A stretch of DNA of 64,000 nucleotides from the NCBI GenBank assembly GCA_049968755.1, contig JBMFQE010000010.1, forward strand, positions 28,872 through 92,871, given 5' to 3'. This document shows, one piece after another, positions 1 to 9,395 of the stretch. Within the stretch, counting starts at the first letter, position 1. Every line of letters starts with the position of its first letter. The notes below the pieces were generated by a model. The model was given only the letters and a program-made list of their open reading frames with translations. It was not told the DNA's origin and made no database searches. The DNA is from Bacteroidales bacterium. GTDB lineage: Bacteria > Bacteroidota > Bacteroidia > Bacteroidales > DTGW01. The translations under genes were made by a program, and so were the position numbers.

Positions 1-1210
1 TGATTTCGTTGAGTAGCCTATTACCAATCATCGACATAAAGGCTCCCGGTACCCCGTGACCGGTACAGTCGACCACAGCAAAAAAATGATACTTCAACTG
101 ATTTACCGTAACCTGATGATACCAGTAAAAATCGCCCGAAACTATATCCTTAGGCCAAAATAGCAGCGCGGTATTAAACTCATCAGACAGCTGATTCAGG
201 TCGGGTAGCATGGCATTCTGAATACGCTGACCATAAAATATGCTGTCGGTAATGTTTCTGTTCTTTATGTTCAACTCATTACGCTGACGCAAAATTTCTT
301 CTTTTTGCCGTTTTATGCGCACCAACATAAATGCCAGCACCACCATAAAGACAAGCACCACGAAAAAACCCACCGTAATTAACCGCCTGATACTCTTTTC
401 GTAGCGCAGCTGAAGCTCTTTTTGTTCAAGCTGAGCAGTTTTCTGCGTTATTTCCATTTGCCGCTGAAGCGCAAGCCTTTCGGCAACAAACAACGAATCT
501 TGTGTTAACTTTAGTTCTCCCTTTTTTATCTTTAGCTCTATCTCCGTCATCTTTCTGGCCAGCTGAGCTTTATTTACTTCTTCGGCACTCATGTTTTTTA
601 TGAGCTCCATCTCCTGCTGCTTAATTTTCTTATCAGTTGCTGAGTATAGCTCAAAATAACGGAAAGCATTCTTCGAATCTCCTATCTTTTCATACGCCTC
701 AGCCAGCAAACTATAACATTTGGCTATATTTTTAAGAATATTTTGTTCAAGCGCAATATTTAAGGCCTCCTTTGCATGCTGCAAAGCAAGGGGATAGTTC
801 TCCATGTCAATTTCGACATTGGCCACATTTACTAAGGCATTGTAAATTTCCGTGGTATTTTTTAGCAACCGAGCATAACGTAGGGCTCCCAGAAACGACT
901 TCTCGGCCTTCTGAAATTTTTCCAATTCGGAATAGATAAGTCCAAGGTTATTATGTAGCGTCAAACACGCCACCGCATTATTGGCCTGCTCGAAAATTTC
1001 CAGCGCTTTTTCAAAAGCCGATGCTGCCTGCTCTTTCAATCCCCTATTCCAATAGGCATATCCAGCCTTATTATAATATTCTGCGGCCTGTGCCACCTTT
1101 CCTTGCTGTCGATAACCCTCTGCCAGTATTTCAAAATCATTGACCGAAGCTTGAAAACTTGTGAATAAAATTCCAAAAAACAACAACCATATTTTAACTA
1201 ATCTACTCAT
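1..1210 (-). CDS. TPR + TM + SpoIIE/PP2C-type phosphatase sensor (3' end outside window)
   Basis: Not in the ORF track; hand translation from ATG 1210 gives MSRLVKIWLLFFGILF (signal-like), TPR-like helices, a coiled coil, a TM segment, then PKDIVSGDFYWY and FAVVDCTGHGVPGAFMSMIG (SpoIIE motifs). Start and window-edge motifs are in the same frame. Confidence 0.85.
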   Translation of the reverse strand, partial: MSRLVKIWLLFFGILFTSFQASVNDFEILAEGYRQQGKVAQAAEYYNKAGYAYWNRGLKEQAASAFEKALEIFEQANNAVACLTLHNNLGLIYSELEKFQKAEKSFLGALRYARLLKNTTEIYNALVNVANVEIDMENYPLALQHAKEALNIALEQNILKNIAKCYSLLAEAYEKIGDSKNAFRYFELYSATDKKIKQQEMELIKNMSAEEVNKAQLARKMTEIELKIKKGELKLTQDSLFVAERLALQRQMEITQKTAQLEQKELQLRYEKSIRRLITVGFFVVLVFMVVLAFMLVRIKRQKEEILRQRNELNIKNRNITDSIFYGQRIQNAMLPDLNQLSDEFNTALLFWPKDIVSGDFYWYHQVTVNQLKYHFFAVVDCTGHGVPGAFMSMIGNRLLNEI

Positions 1211-1571
1211 TTACAGGGTATATTTTTTGGGTATGATAGATTATTTTTATCTAATCTTACGAATATTGCTGGAATAAGTTATAAAAATTTTTACCCATAA
1301 TAAGCTGCTGGGGCAAAATTTTCAATTAATGTTTTAGAATTAAAAATTTTAAGGGTAAGAGTTGAGCTTTCAACTCCCTCTCATGGTAAAAATTAACTTT
1401 CCATGAATACTAGAAAAAAATTGGTGATACTTTTACAATATGGCGAATAAAACGACCGCTTCCATGAAATTGGGAAAATACATCCTATATCATGCAAGTG
1501 TTAACAAAGCGCTACCTTGTGTGTGAACTGTGCACATAGAGGCGAGCAAAGGCCGTAAAGGGTATAAACGA

Positions 1572-1932
1572 CTAATGCCATAGGGTGGCTATTAAATTAG
1601 GGGTAAGGAAAATGATTAAAGCTCCAAGCAGGCAAATGGATGCACCTATGATATCCCATTTATCGGGTACAACATGCTCAGCCACCAGAAGCCACAAAAG
1701 GCTTGCTAAAATATAAATTCCACCGTATACAGCATAAGCTCTTCCGGCAAAAGCAATTTCAACTCTTGTTAGTAAATAGGCAAAGCAAAACAGCGAAATT
1801 ATTCCCACAAAGATCCAGTACATGGGCTTGTGTTGCCTGAGATAAAGCCATAAGGAAAAAACATCTCGCTATCTCAAAAAATGCAGCAGCAACAAAAAGT
1901 GCAATATCTTTCACAAACAATTTCGAATACAT
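1572..1932 (-). pseudogene. ynfA: YnfA/UPF0060 family small membrane protein, frameshifted
   Basis: C-terminal frame 1572-1823 has AGRAYAVYGGIYI...PDKWDIIGA. The N-terminus (KDIALFVAAAFFEIARC) is in a different frame starting at ATG 1932, with the shift at a 6-nt homopolymer (1856-1861). Confidence 0.7.
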
Positions 1933-2912
1933 TAATTGTTAGCAACTGGCTGCTCTTTCATGGGCGATTTTACAGGTCCAGCGCCCAGAATATTCAAAAG
2001 TTGCATATCCTGGCTTTCGTTAGGATTGGGGGCAGTTAGCAACCTATCGCCAACAAAGATAGCATTGGCACCGGCAAGAAAACAGAGCGCCTGTGCCTCA
2101 TCGCTAAGCTGAATCCGTCCTGCAGCCAGTTCAATGTGTGTAGCAGGCATAACTATCCGGGTTGTAGCAATTACCCTGATCAGCTCCCACGACGTTACTG
2201 GCTTATTATTTGCAAGAGGCGTTCCCTCAATAGGCATAAGTGCATTGATGGGCACGGTATATGGATGTTTGGGCAGGGTAGCCAGCGTATGAAGCATACT
2301 GATGCGATCCTCATCGCTTTCGCCCAGACCTATGATACCCCCACTACAATGCGGTACGCCAGCATCAATCAACCGATGTATGGTATCCAGACGACTGCGG
2401 AAGGTACGGGTAGTGATAATTTTTGAATAAAATCTTTCAGAAGTATCGATATTATGATTGTAGGCTGTTATTCCTGCCTTAGCCAATTGTTTCGCCTGAT
2501 CGGCTGTGAGCCTTCCCATAGTAAGGCAGACCTTCATCCCCATCGACTTAAGTATACCAATTATTTCCAGGATCTCGTCAAATCGGTTGGGTGGAAGCTG
2601 CCGCCAGGCCGCGCTCAAACAAACCCTTGGAACCCCTTTGGCCTTTAATTCGGCTGCCCGTGCTATGATCTGCTCCCGACTCATCTCCTGGGGTTCGTCA
2701 ACGTAAGTCTGGTAACGTGCCGATTGCGCACAATAGGCACAGTCCTCCGGACATCCGCCCGTCTTTATCGAAATGAGCGTACTCAGCTCCATCTCACGAT
2801 AATTGTGATACTGGCGATGTACAGTTGCTGCCTCTGCTACCAGATCAAGCAAAGGCCTGTGAAATATTTCCTGGATCTCGTCAAAAGTCCAATCATTGCG
2901 AATAGTACTCAT
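1932..2912 (-). CDS. bioB: Biotin synthase family radical SAM enzyme
   Basis: CPEDCAYC radical SAM motif, YNHNIDT, CSGGIIGLGE, VPIN and the three auxiliary-cluster Cys. The Arg ligand is replaced (see findings). Confidence 0.88.
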   Translation of the reverse strand: MSTIRNDWTFDEIQEIFHRPLLDLVAEAATVHRQYHNYREMELSTLISIKTGGCPEDCAYCAQSARYQTYVDEPQEMSREQIIARAAELKAKGVPRVCLSAAWRQLPPNRFDEILEIIGILKSMGMKVCLTMGRLTADQAKQLAKAGITAYNHNIDTSERFYSKIITTRTFRSRLDTIHRLIDAGVPHCSGGIIGLGESDEDRISMLHTLATLPKHPYTVPINALMPIEGTPLANNKPVTSWELIRVIATTRIVMPATHIELAAGRIQLSDEAQALCFLAGANAIFVGDRLLTAPNPNESQDMQLLNILGAGPVKSPMKEQPVANN

Positions 2913-2924
2913 AAATTAAGTAGT

Positions 2925-3524
2925 TTATTTTATCCTGTAATAAACACACAATGCCAGCACATTGTTGTACTGGGCATAGGTGTTCCAGATGGTAAGATTT
3001 CCAGGCAAATGACTCACCGGAAAAACCGAATAGGAAAACCGGAAATTAAGCGAAAAATTATCGCTGAAACGATATGCAATTCCTCCAAGGATATTAAATT
3101 CATACCTTTTCATCGGTCCTGTGGCATCAAAAGGTCCATTGCCAATATTAAGCGTAGCATAGGCCAGGTAGGCGCATGACAGTCCTGCTTCGGCCGAAAG
3201 GTCAGTACTAAAATGATAGCAGGTCACTACGGGTAACTCCAGGTAATGAAGCGTCTTTCGATATTGCGAATAAACTTCGGTAGCCTGATTGCTGGCTGCT
3301 CCCTTCATGGTATATTTAAACTCGGCCCGGTAATTCCACTTTGCATTTATCGACCGACCCACCCACATTCCAGCCGTCAGGCCAGGTTTGTCGTAGCCAC
3401 CCAGCATATCGCCATCCATCTGCGACGCTGTAAGTCCAGCCAATATACCCCCCTCAAAATATTGTCCAATAACATTGAGTTCGATTTGCATGAATACTAT
3501 AAACAAAAATAGCTGCAATCTCAT
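2925..3524 (-). CDS. Outer-membrane beta-barrel (porin/PorT-like OMP family) protein
   Basis: Signal peptide, amphipathic strands, LHYLELPV motif and C-terminal aromatic strand; ATGA overlap with the upstream sirtuin. Confidence 0.75.
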   Translation of the reverse strand: MRLQLFLFIVFMQIELNVIGQYFEGGILAGLTASQMDGDMLGGYDKPGLTAGMWVGRSINAKWNYRAEFKYTMKGAASNQATEVYSQYRKTLHYLELPVVTCYHFSTDLSAEAGLSCAYLAYATLNIGNGPFDATGPMKRYEFNILGGIAYRFSDNFSLNFRFSYSVFPVSHLPGNLTIWNTYAQYNNVLALCVYYRIK

Positions 3525-4225
3525 GGAATAGAAATTTGGTATCGCTCCATTAACTTTACTTTCAGTATTTCCATCCCTTTACTGGCGACCTCTTGAATGA
3601 AGGTAAGATTTTTATAATTGCGAATGGGCAAGGGTTTTGGGTCGATAACATAAATGTCGGCATGGTCGGGAACAAAATCGATCAGGCCGGCAGCAGGATA
3701 TACAACCATCGAGGTCCCAATTACTACAAAAATATCCGCTGTGCTGGCAATCTGAGCAGCCTCGCCAAATGCAGGAACCGACTCGCCAAACCACACTATA
3801 TTGGGACGCAGCTGACCTCCCTTTGGGCATACATCGCCCAGCTTTATATCGCGATAACCGATGTCAATAACATATGAGGGATCCTTTGTACTCCGTGCCT
3901 TGGTAAGCTCGCCATGAAGATGCAAAATATGCTGGCTACCGGCTTTCTCATGCAAATCGTCAACGTTTTGAGTAATAATACTTACCCTGAAATATTTTTC
4001 AAGCTCAGCCAGCATCAAGTGAGCAGCATTGGGCTTGGCATCCTTGAGCTGGCGCCGTCGCTGATTGTAAAAATCAAGTACCAGCTGTTTATTACGTAAC
4101 CAACCCTCATAGCTGGCTACTTCCATCACATTATAATTTTCCCACATCCCGTCATTATCCCGAAATGTCTTTAACCCGCTTTCGGCGCTTATACCCGATC
4201 CTGTCAGTACTACCAGATGCTTCAT
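3521..4225 (-). CDS. cobB: NAD-dependent protein deacylase (class III sirtuin)
   Basis: TGSGISAESG, FYNQRR (YxxR), TQNVDDLHE, HLHG, LRPNIVWFGE, GTS motifs. Confidence 0.92.
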   Translation of the reverse strand: MKHLVVLTGSGISAESGLKTFRDNDGMWENYNVMEVASYEGWLRNKQLVLDFYNQRRRQLKDAKPNAAHLMLAELEKYFRVSIITQNVDDLHEKAGSQHILHLHGELTKARSTKDPSYVIDIGYRDIKLGDVCPKGGQLRPNIVWFGESVPAFGEAAQIASTADIFVVIGTSMVVYPAAGLIDFVPDHADIYVIDPKPLPIRNYKNLTFIQEVASKGMEILKVKLMERYQISIP

Positions 4226-4932
4226 ATAAATTTTACAAAATATCCATATTTGCGCAATAAAATCAAATATATAAAAAGTTATCCGAAAAATTGTAGCAGA
4301 TGCTCATTTATTCCAATATTTATTCTCAAATTATACCCTATCACAAAATACAAACATTAATGCAATTTTTATACAAAAGATAACTTAGGCAATAAAAATA
4401 ATCTTTAACCCATCCTTAAAATTTGATTCGTTTTTTTTTGACAGTATTAGAAATATCGGTTTATATCACGGAGTTTTTTGGAGGTAAAATTTTAAAATAT
4501 TTTGATTTTATGCTGTAAGAAATTTTTTACATACCTTGATGATATTAACTTTCATAAAATGCAAAGTTTTTCGCAAACCTTTTAACAAAAACCTGGCTAC
4601 CTTGGGATTTCTCAGCGAATGATCGATTTTAAAAATAATATTAGCAATTGCCCTTTGGTTGCGCCCCGAATGGGGTTTAATATATAGCCTTAGAAAAAAC
4701 AGCCCCTCATATCTGATGAACATAACCAAAAATTGGTGATTTCAATTGTCACAATAAACGCATTTCTACAAAAGTATATGAGCCTGTAGAACCACAAAAT
4801 AGCATCATTCCTTAGGATATAATTTCTATCATTTGGGTAAATTAAGGATAATTTGGTGTCCAAAAAAATCTAATTACGGATTTTGGAAAAAACATAACTT
4901 TACCACAATTTTAATAAATATATATTGAAAAA

Positions 4933-5319
4933 ATGGATCCTGTAGCCATGATAACCCTAAAACAACTTATCCTGTTGATTATTATAGGATTGCTTGCTGG
5001 TTTTGTTTCGGGAATGCTGGGTGTTGGTGGAGCAATAATCATCGTTCCTTTTCTAGTATATCTTCTGGGTATGCACCAGCACGAGGCACAGGGCACCAGC
5101 CTGTTGGTATTGGTATTACCAGTGGGTATTTTTGCACTTATTAATTATGCCAAAAGTGGGTATGTCAATTATAAGTTTGCCTTGATACTGGTCATCATGT
5201 TCGTTGTGGGAAGCTATTTTGGCTCAAAACTTGCTATTTCTCTGCCCGAAAAAACGCTGCAAAAAATCTTTGCCCTGCTACTGTTAGGGGTTGCCATAAA
5301 AATTTTATCCGGTAAATAA
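4933..5319 (+). CDS. Sulfite exporter TauE/SafE family protein (half-size)
   Basis: GLLAGFVSGMLGVGGAIIIVP and AQGTSL motifs; about four TM segments. Confidence 0.85.
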   Translation: MDPVAMITLKQLILLIIIGLLAGFVSGMLGVGGAIIIVPFLVYLLGMHQHEAQGTSLLVLVLPVGIFALINYAKSGYVNYKFALILVIMFVVGSYFGSKLAISLPEKTLQKIFALLLLGVAIKILSGK

Positions 5320-5334
5320 CAAATCATTTTGCCT

Positions 5335-5640
5335 ATGGTGAAACATGTGGTATGCTGGCAATTAAAAACCGATTTCACGCCAGATGAGAAAGCACAAAAA
5401 CTTCAGCTGATGAAAAATGCGCTCGAGCAATTGCAAGAAAAAATTCCGGTAATTCGGCAGCTCGAAGTTGGACTGAACGATCCCAACATCGATCCCCACA
5501 ATTACGATATCTGCTTTATCGTTACCTTCGATTCGGCTGATGATTTGCAGCACTATCAAAATCATCCCGAACATGTCATTGTAAAAGACCTGATTAAATC
5601 TCTGGCTCAGACCCGAGCATGTGTGGATTACAATTTTTAA
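5335..5640 (+). CDS. Dabb family stress-responsive A/B barrel protein
   Basis: MVKHVVCW...IPVIRQLEVG...YQNHPEH...VDY. Confidence 0.88.
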   Translation: MVKHVVCWQLKTDFTPDEKAQKLQLMKNALEQLQEKIPVIRQLEVGLNDPNIDPHNYDICFIVTFDSADDLQHYQNHPEHVIVKDLIKSLAQTRACVDYNF

Positions 5641-5701
5641 TTTATACCCTTCGAATAGGTATATGAATTTTTCATTAAAGTATATTCGCTAAAAATTTTT
5701 T

Positions 5702-6367
5702 ATGCATCCTCTTGTCCTGAGTATAAGCATACTTACCCTTTGTTACGCTATTTATTATTTTCTTTTTTATAAACAGGCTGGCTGGCAAAGGTGGCTGGGT
5801 ACCGACGAATCGGCATATGGCAAGGTGTGCCTGATGCGAGTAGCTGGATTTTTTATTTTTCTGATTCCGTACCTGCTTACTGCCGATGCTATCCCCGCGC
5901 CCGAAAACCATCTCAGTATTACACAATTAATTGCAATTTTATCGGCTGCCGCATTGTTGATAGTTTTGCTCAATTATTTTGCAGCTCGCACCCCCGAAAA
6001 TCTGGCCAGCTATCCGCAAATTCGGCTAAAAAATTGGAACACATCCGATATCGTTATAAGCTCCATCACCTGGATACTGTACCTTATCGGATACGAATAC
6101 ATGTTTCGGGGATATCTTTTTTTTACCAGCCTACAGTACTTCGATATTGTATCGGCCACAGGTTTAAACATTGCGCTTTATATGCTGGTACATATTCCCA
6201 AGGGCTACAAGGAAACCTTTGGTTCTATCCCTATGGGCATAGCATTATGCAGCATCACCTATTTTAGCGGTAGTGTATGGCCAGCGATTGTATTGCATAG
6301 TGTGCTTGCCCTTTCAAATGAATGGTTTTCCATTTTTTACCTTTCTCGTCAAAATAGGCAATCATGA
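5702..6367 (+). CDS. CPBP (CAAX protease-like) intramembrane protein
   Basis: Multi-TM with YEYMFRG, YMLVH and AIVLH motifs (degenerate). Confidence 0.75.
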   Translation: MHPLVLSISILTLCYAIYYFLFYKQAGWQRWLGTDESAYGKVCLMRVAGFFIFLIPYLLTADAIPAPENHLSITQLIAILSAAALLIVLLNYFAARTPENLASYPQIRLKNWNTSDIVISSITWILYLIGYEYMFRGYLFFTSLQYFDIVSATGLNIALYMLVHIPKGYKETFGSIPMGIALCSITYFSGSVWPAIVLHSVLALSNEWFSIFYLSRQNRQS

Positions 6368-7350
6368 GAGTGTTTGTAACGGGAGGTACCGGTTTTATTG
6401 GTGAAAAATTGATACGTCAGCTAATATTCCGGGGGTACAAAGTTAATGCGCTATATCGTTCAGAATCGAAAAAAAATGCCATCGATCTACCCCAGGTTAA
6501 CTGGATTGCCGGTGACATTACTGACGCAAATTGCCTGATGATTGCTACGAAGGGGTGTGACGTGGTGTTCCATGTGGCTGCCTACGCAGTTGCCTGGGAA
6601 GAACACCCTGGCGATTTCAGAAAATTCAACGTACAGGGTACTATTAATGTGCTGAATGCTGCATTAGCCAATGGAGTTAAAAAGGTGGTATTTACCTCAA
6701 CGGCTGGTATTTTTGGCCCCTCGCTTTACAAAAACATTACCGAAGAAAGTAAATCGCCCTTACCACATTTTACGGGATACGAAAGTTCAAAAGCAGAAGC
6801 CGAACAGGTAATTATCGATGAATATGTTAAGAAAAAAGGACTAAATGTAGTCATTGTTAACCCCACGAGGGTTTTTGGACCCGGTCCGCTTAACCAGGGT
6901 AACTCTACCACCCTGATGATTAAAAAATACATTGAGGGTAAATGGCATATCCTACCCGGCAATGGCAATGCTATAGGCAATTATGCCTTCGTCGACGATG
7001 TGGTAAATGGACATTTACTGGCCATGGAACACGGCAAAGCGGGAGAAAGATACATCCTGGGAGGTGAAAATTTATCCTATCGACAATTTTTCGATACCCT
7101 TAGCCGCATCCATGCGCATCGTCATTGGCTTATACCTTTGCCCCTACCCATAATGCTTCTGATTGCCAATATACTTTTATGGGTACACGCAGTTTATCCT
7201 AAATTCCTGCCGCCCTTCACGCCTGCACATGTCAGAAAATTTAACTACAACTGGGAAGTATCGTGCGAAAAAGCTATACGAGAGCTTGGATACAACATCA
7301 CACCCTTTGAACAAGCACTGCAAAAAACCATTGCTCATTTAAAACAATAA
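6364..7350 (+). CDS. NAD-dependent epimerase/dehydratase (extended SDR, dihydroflavonol reductase-like)
   Basis: TGGTGFIG, FHVAA, TST, YESSK, VNPTRVFGPG. Confidence 0.88.
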   Translation: MRVFVTGGTGFIGEKLIRQLIFRGYKVNALYRSESKKNAIDLPQVNWIAGDITDANCLMIATKGCDVVFHVAAYAVAWEEHPGDFRKFNVQGTINVLNAALANGVKKVVFTSTAGIFGPSLYKNITEESKSPLPHFTGYESSKAEAEQVIIDEYVKKKGLNVVIVNPTRVFGPGPLNQGNSTTLMIKKYIEGKWHILPGNGNAIGNYAFVDDVVNGHLLAMEHGKAGERYILGGENLSYRQFFDTLSRIHAHRHWLIPLPLPIMLLIANILLWVHAVYPKFLPPFTPAHVRKFNYNWEVSCEKAIRELGYNITPFEQALQKTIAHLKQ

Positions 7351-7620
7351 CTTATTAACCTTGGAAAAACTGATTCGATCATTTTATTAAAATCAACGGA
7401 TTTGCCGAGTTGGTAGGTACCTTATCCCTCCTCATTCATGGACACTTCGGCAAATTTTATTTTGTTTTTTGACCAAAAAAGAAAAGCTGAGATTGGACTT
7501 AGGTAATGTTGCAGTGCTCGTCTTATTTAAGGAGCATAGCATTAAATCCCAAAATCTAATTTGTTCAATACAAAAATATATCGATTTTTCACCTACCTTT
7601 GTTATAAAATTAAATAGCTT

Positions 7621-7935
7621 ATGGTAGAAATACGAAAAATAGAAGCGCTTTCGCTGGCAAAAATAAATGCATTGCTATGGATGTTCCTGGGTCTAATTTT
7701 AGGAATAGGTGTTGGTTTAATAGGTTTTGTATTTGGGAATGTATTGGGCGGCATCACTATAGCCCTTTTACCCTGGAAGAGCGTATGGTTGGGCATTGCG
7801 GGTTTTCTCCTCATGCCGCTGTTGCTGGGCACGATTGGTTTTTGCATAGGTCTGCTTGTGGCCTGGTTTTATAACCTGCTGGCATGGTGGATTGGGGGCA
7901 TACGCATCGAACTCGAGCGCGAAGAAGAATCCTAA
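7621..7935 (+). CDS. Small two-TM membrane protein (DUF3566-like)
   Basis: IRKIEALSLAK start and YNLLAWWIGGIRIELE end pattern. Confidence 0.6.
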   Translation: MVEIRKIEALSLAKINALLWMFLGLILGIGVGLIGFVFGNVLGGITIALLPWKSVWLGIAGFLLMPLLLGTIGFCIGLLVAWFYNLLAWWIGGIRIELEREEES

Positions 7936-8921
7936 AAAGGTCGTATGCCTATAATCTCCCTAACCTCTCGCAATGTTTTTGATGCGCTGGCACGAGCTTT
8001 TTCTCTGCCCATATCCACAACCCTTCGTATTACATCCTCATTATTCATATAATAGTCAATGCGCTCACGAATAGGGTCAAGGGCACGGTTAATATCAGCT
8101 GCCAGCTGCTTTTTAAGTTCCCCATACCGTATAGTACATTCGGCATACTGCTTCTTAAAATGCTCTACCGTATCGGGGGTCGATACTACCTCAAGAATCG
8201 TAAATAAATTTTGAATGGCTTCGGGCATTTTTTGATTTTTTTCGGTAGGCCCCGCGTCGGTAACCGCACGCATAACTTTTTTTTCGACCGTTTTAGCATC
8301 ATCAGAAAGATAAATACCATTTCCCTCCGACTTACCCATTTTACCACTACCATCGAGTCCGGGAATTTTTATCAGATCCTTGCCAAAATTATACGCTGTA
8401 GGTAGGGGGAAATAATCAACCCCATAAAGATTATTGAAACGTGCGGCAAAATTGCGGGTCATTTCCAGATGCTGTTCCTGATCCTTGCCTACTGGCACTT
8501 TATTGGCCTTATGGATTAAAATGTCGGCAGCCATCAATACAGGATAGGTCAGTAGTCCGGCATTGACGTTATCGGGCTGCTGCCGTACCTTATCCTTGAA
8601 CGAGGTAGTTCGCTCGAGCTCTCCCTTGTAAGCTAGCATGTTGAGAATCAAATACAGCTCAGGTATTTCGGGCACATCACTCTGGATATATACTGTGGCC
8701 ACCTCGGGATCTATACCACAGGCCAGATATTCGCAAAGCACCTGTTTTACATTGGCCTTCCAATCGTCTGGTTTGGGATGTGTCGTCAATGAATGGTAAT
8801 CGGCTATAAAAAAATAGCACTGATAATCATGCTGCATTTTTACAAAATTCCTTACAGCCCCATAGTAATTACCCAAATGCAGGCGACCGGTCGAACGAAT
8901 CCCACTGAGTACAATTTCCAT
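7932..8921 (-). CDS. trpS: Tryptophan--tRNA ligase
   Basis: SGIRSTGRLHLGNY, YPVLMAADIL, VPVGKDQEQH, KMGKS; start trimmed to MEIVLSG. Confidence 0.96.
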   Translation of the reverse strand: MEIVLSGIRSTGRLHLGNYYGAVRNFVKMQHDYQCYFFIADYHSLTTHPKPDDWKANVKQVLCEYLACGIDPEVATVYIQSDVPEIPELYLILNMLAYKGELERTTSFKDKVRQQPDNVNAGLLTYPVLMAADILIHKANKVPVGKDQEQHLEMTRNFAARFNNLYGVDYFPLPTAYNFGKDLIKIPGLDGSGKMGKSEGNGIYLSDDAKTVEKKVMRAVTDAGPTEKNQKMPEAIQNLFTILEVVSTPDTVEHFKKQYAECTIRYGELKKQLAADINRALDPIRERIDYYMNNEDVIRRVVDMGREKARASASKTLREVREIIGIRPF

Positions 8922-8942
8922 TGTTATGAAAAAATTTTGCTG

Positions 8943-8950
8943 CAAATCTA
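8943..8950 (-). promoter_or_regulatory. Bacteroidota -7 promoter element for trpS
   Basis: TAGATTTG on the minus strand, about 20 nt upstream of the start; matches TAnnTTTG. Confidence 0.55.
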
Positions 8951-9016
8951 TATAAGTTTTTGCAGCGAAAAAACGGGAATTGGGTTTTTATCGTTTCGTG
9001 GCTGATGAAAATTGGT

Positions 9017-9024
9017 TAGCTTTG
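9017..9024 (+). promoter_or_regulatory. Bacteroidota -7 promoter element for rbfA operon
   Basis: TAGCTTTG just upstream of ATG 9034/9040. Confidence 0.55.
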
Positions 9025-9033
9025 CAAAAAGTA

Positions 9034-9390
9034 ATGAAAATGCATAAAGAGGAATCGACACGACAGCTTAAAGTGGGGCGGCTTATCCAGCGTGAACTTG
9101 CCTTATATTTCCAGCGTGAGCAGTCAACCATTTGCCTGGGCTCAATGGTTACCGTCACGGTAGTACGCGTCACCCCCGACCTGAGTATTGCCCGGGTGTA
9201 TTTAAGTATTTTTCCTTCGCAACGTGCCAAAGAAACGTTAGATTCTATAAATCTTCACAATAAGGCTATCCGCTACTATCTGGGTACGCAGGTGCGTAAC
9301 CAGCTCCGTATCGTCCCCGAGCTCGAATTTTTTATCGACGACAGCCTCGACTATTTTGAAAAAATTGATAAATTGCTCAAAAATCCTTAA
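9034..9390 (+). CDS. rbfA: Ribosome-binding factor A
   Basis: ESTRQLKVGRLIQ, VTVVRVTPDLSIARVYLS, LRIVPELEFFIDDSLDY. Confidence 0.95.
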   Translation: MKMHKEESTRQLKVGRLIQRELALYFQREQSTICLGSMVTVTVVRVTPDLSIARVYLSIFPSQRAKETLDSINLHNKAIRYYLGTQVRNQLRIVPELEFFIDDSLDYFEKIDKLLKNP

Positions 9391-9395
9391 TTCTT

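Noticed and set aside
1350..1406. Two small hairpins (GAGTTGA/TCAACTC and TCATGG/CCATGA) upstream of the SpoIIE gene
   Set aside because: Short stems with no riboswitch consensus I can recognise; could be chance or a weak terminator.
3521..4225. Sirtuin as an anti-phage Sir2 (Thoeris/DSR-type) effector
   Set aside because: It is an ordinary CobB-length deacylase with the YxxR pocket and no defence partners.
4226..4932. 700-bp AT-rich gap and the 73-aa ORF 4508-4729
   Set aside because: No recognisable motif, repeat or strong structure; likely a divergent promoter region with a spurious ORF.
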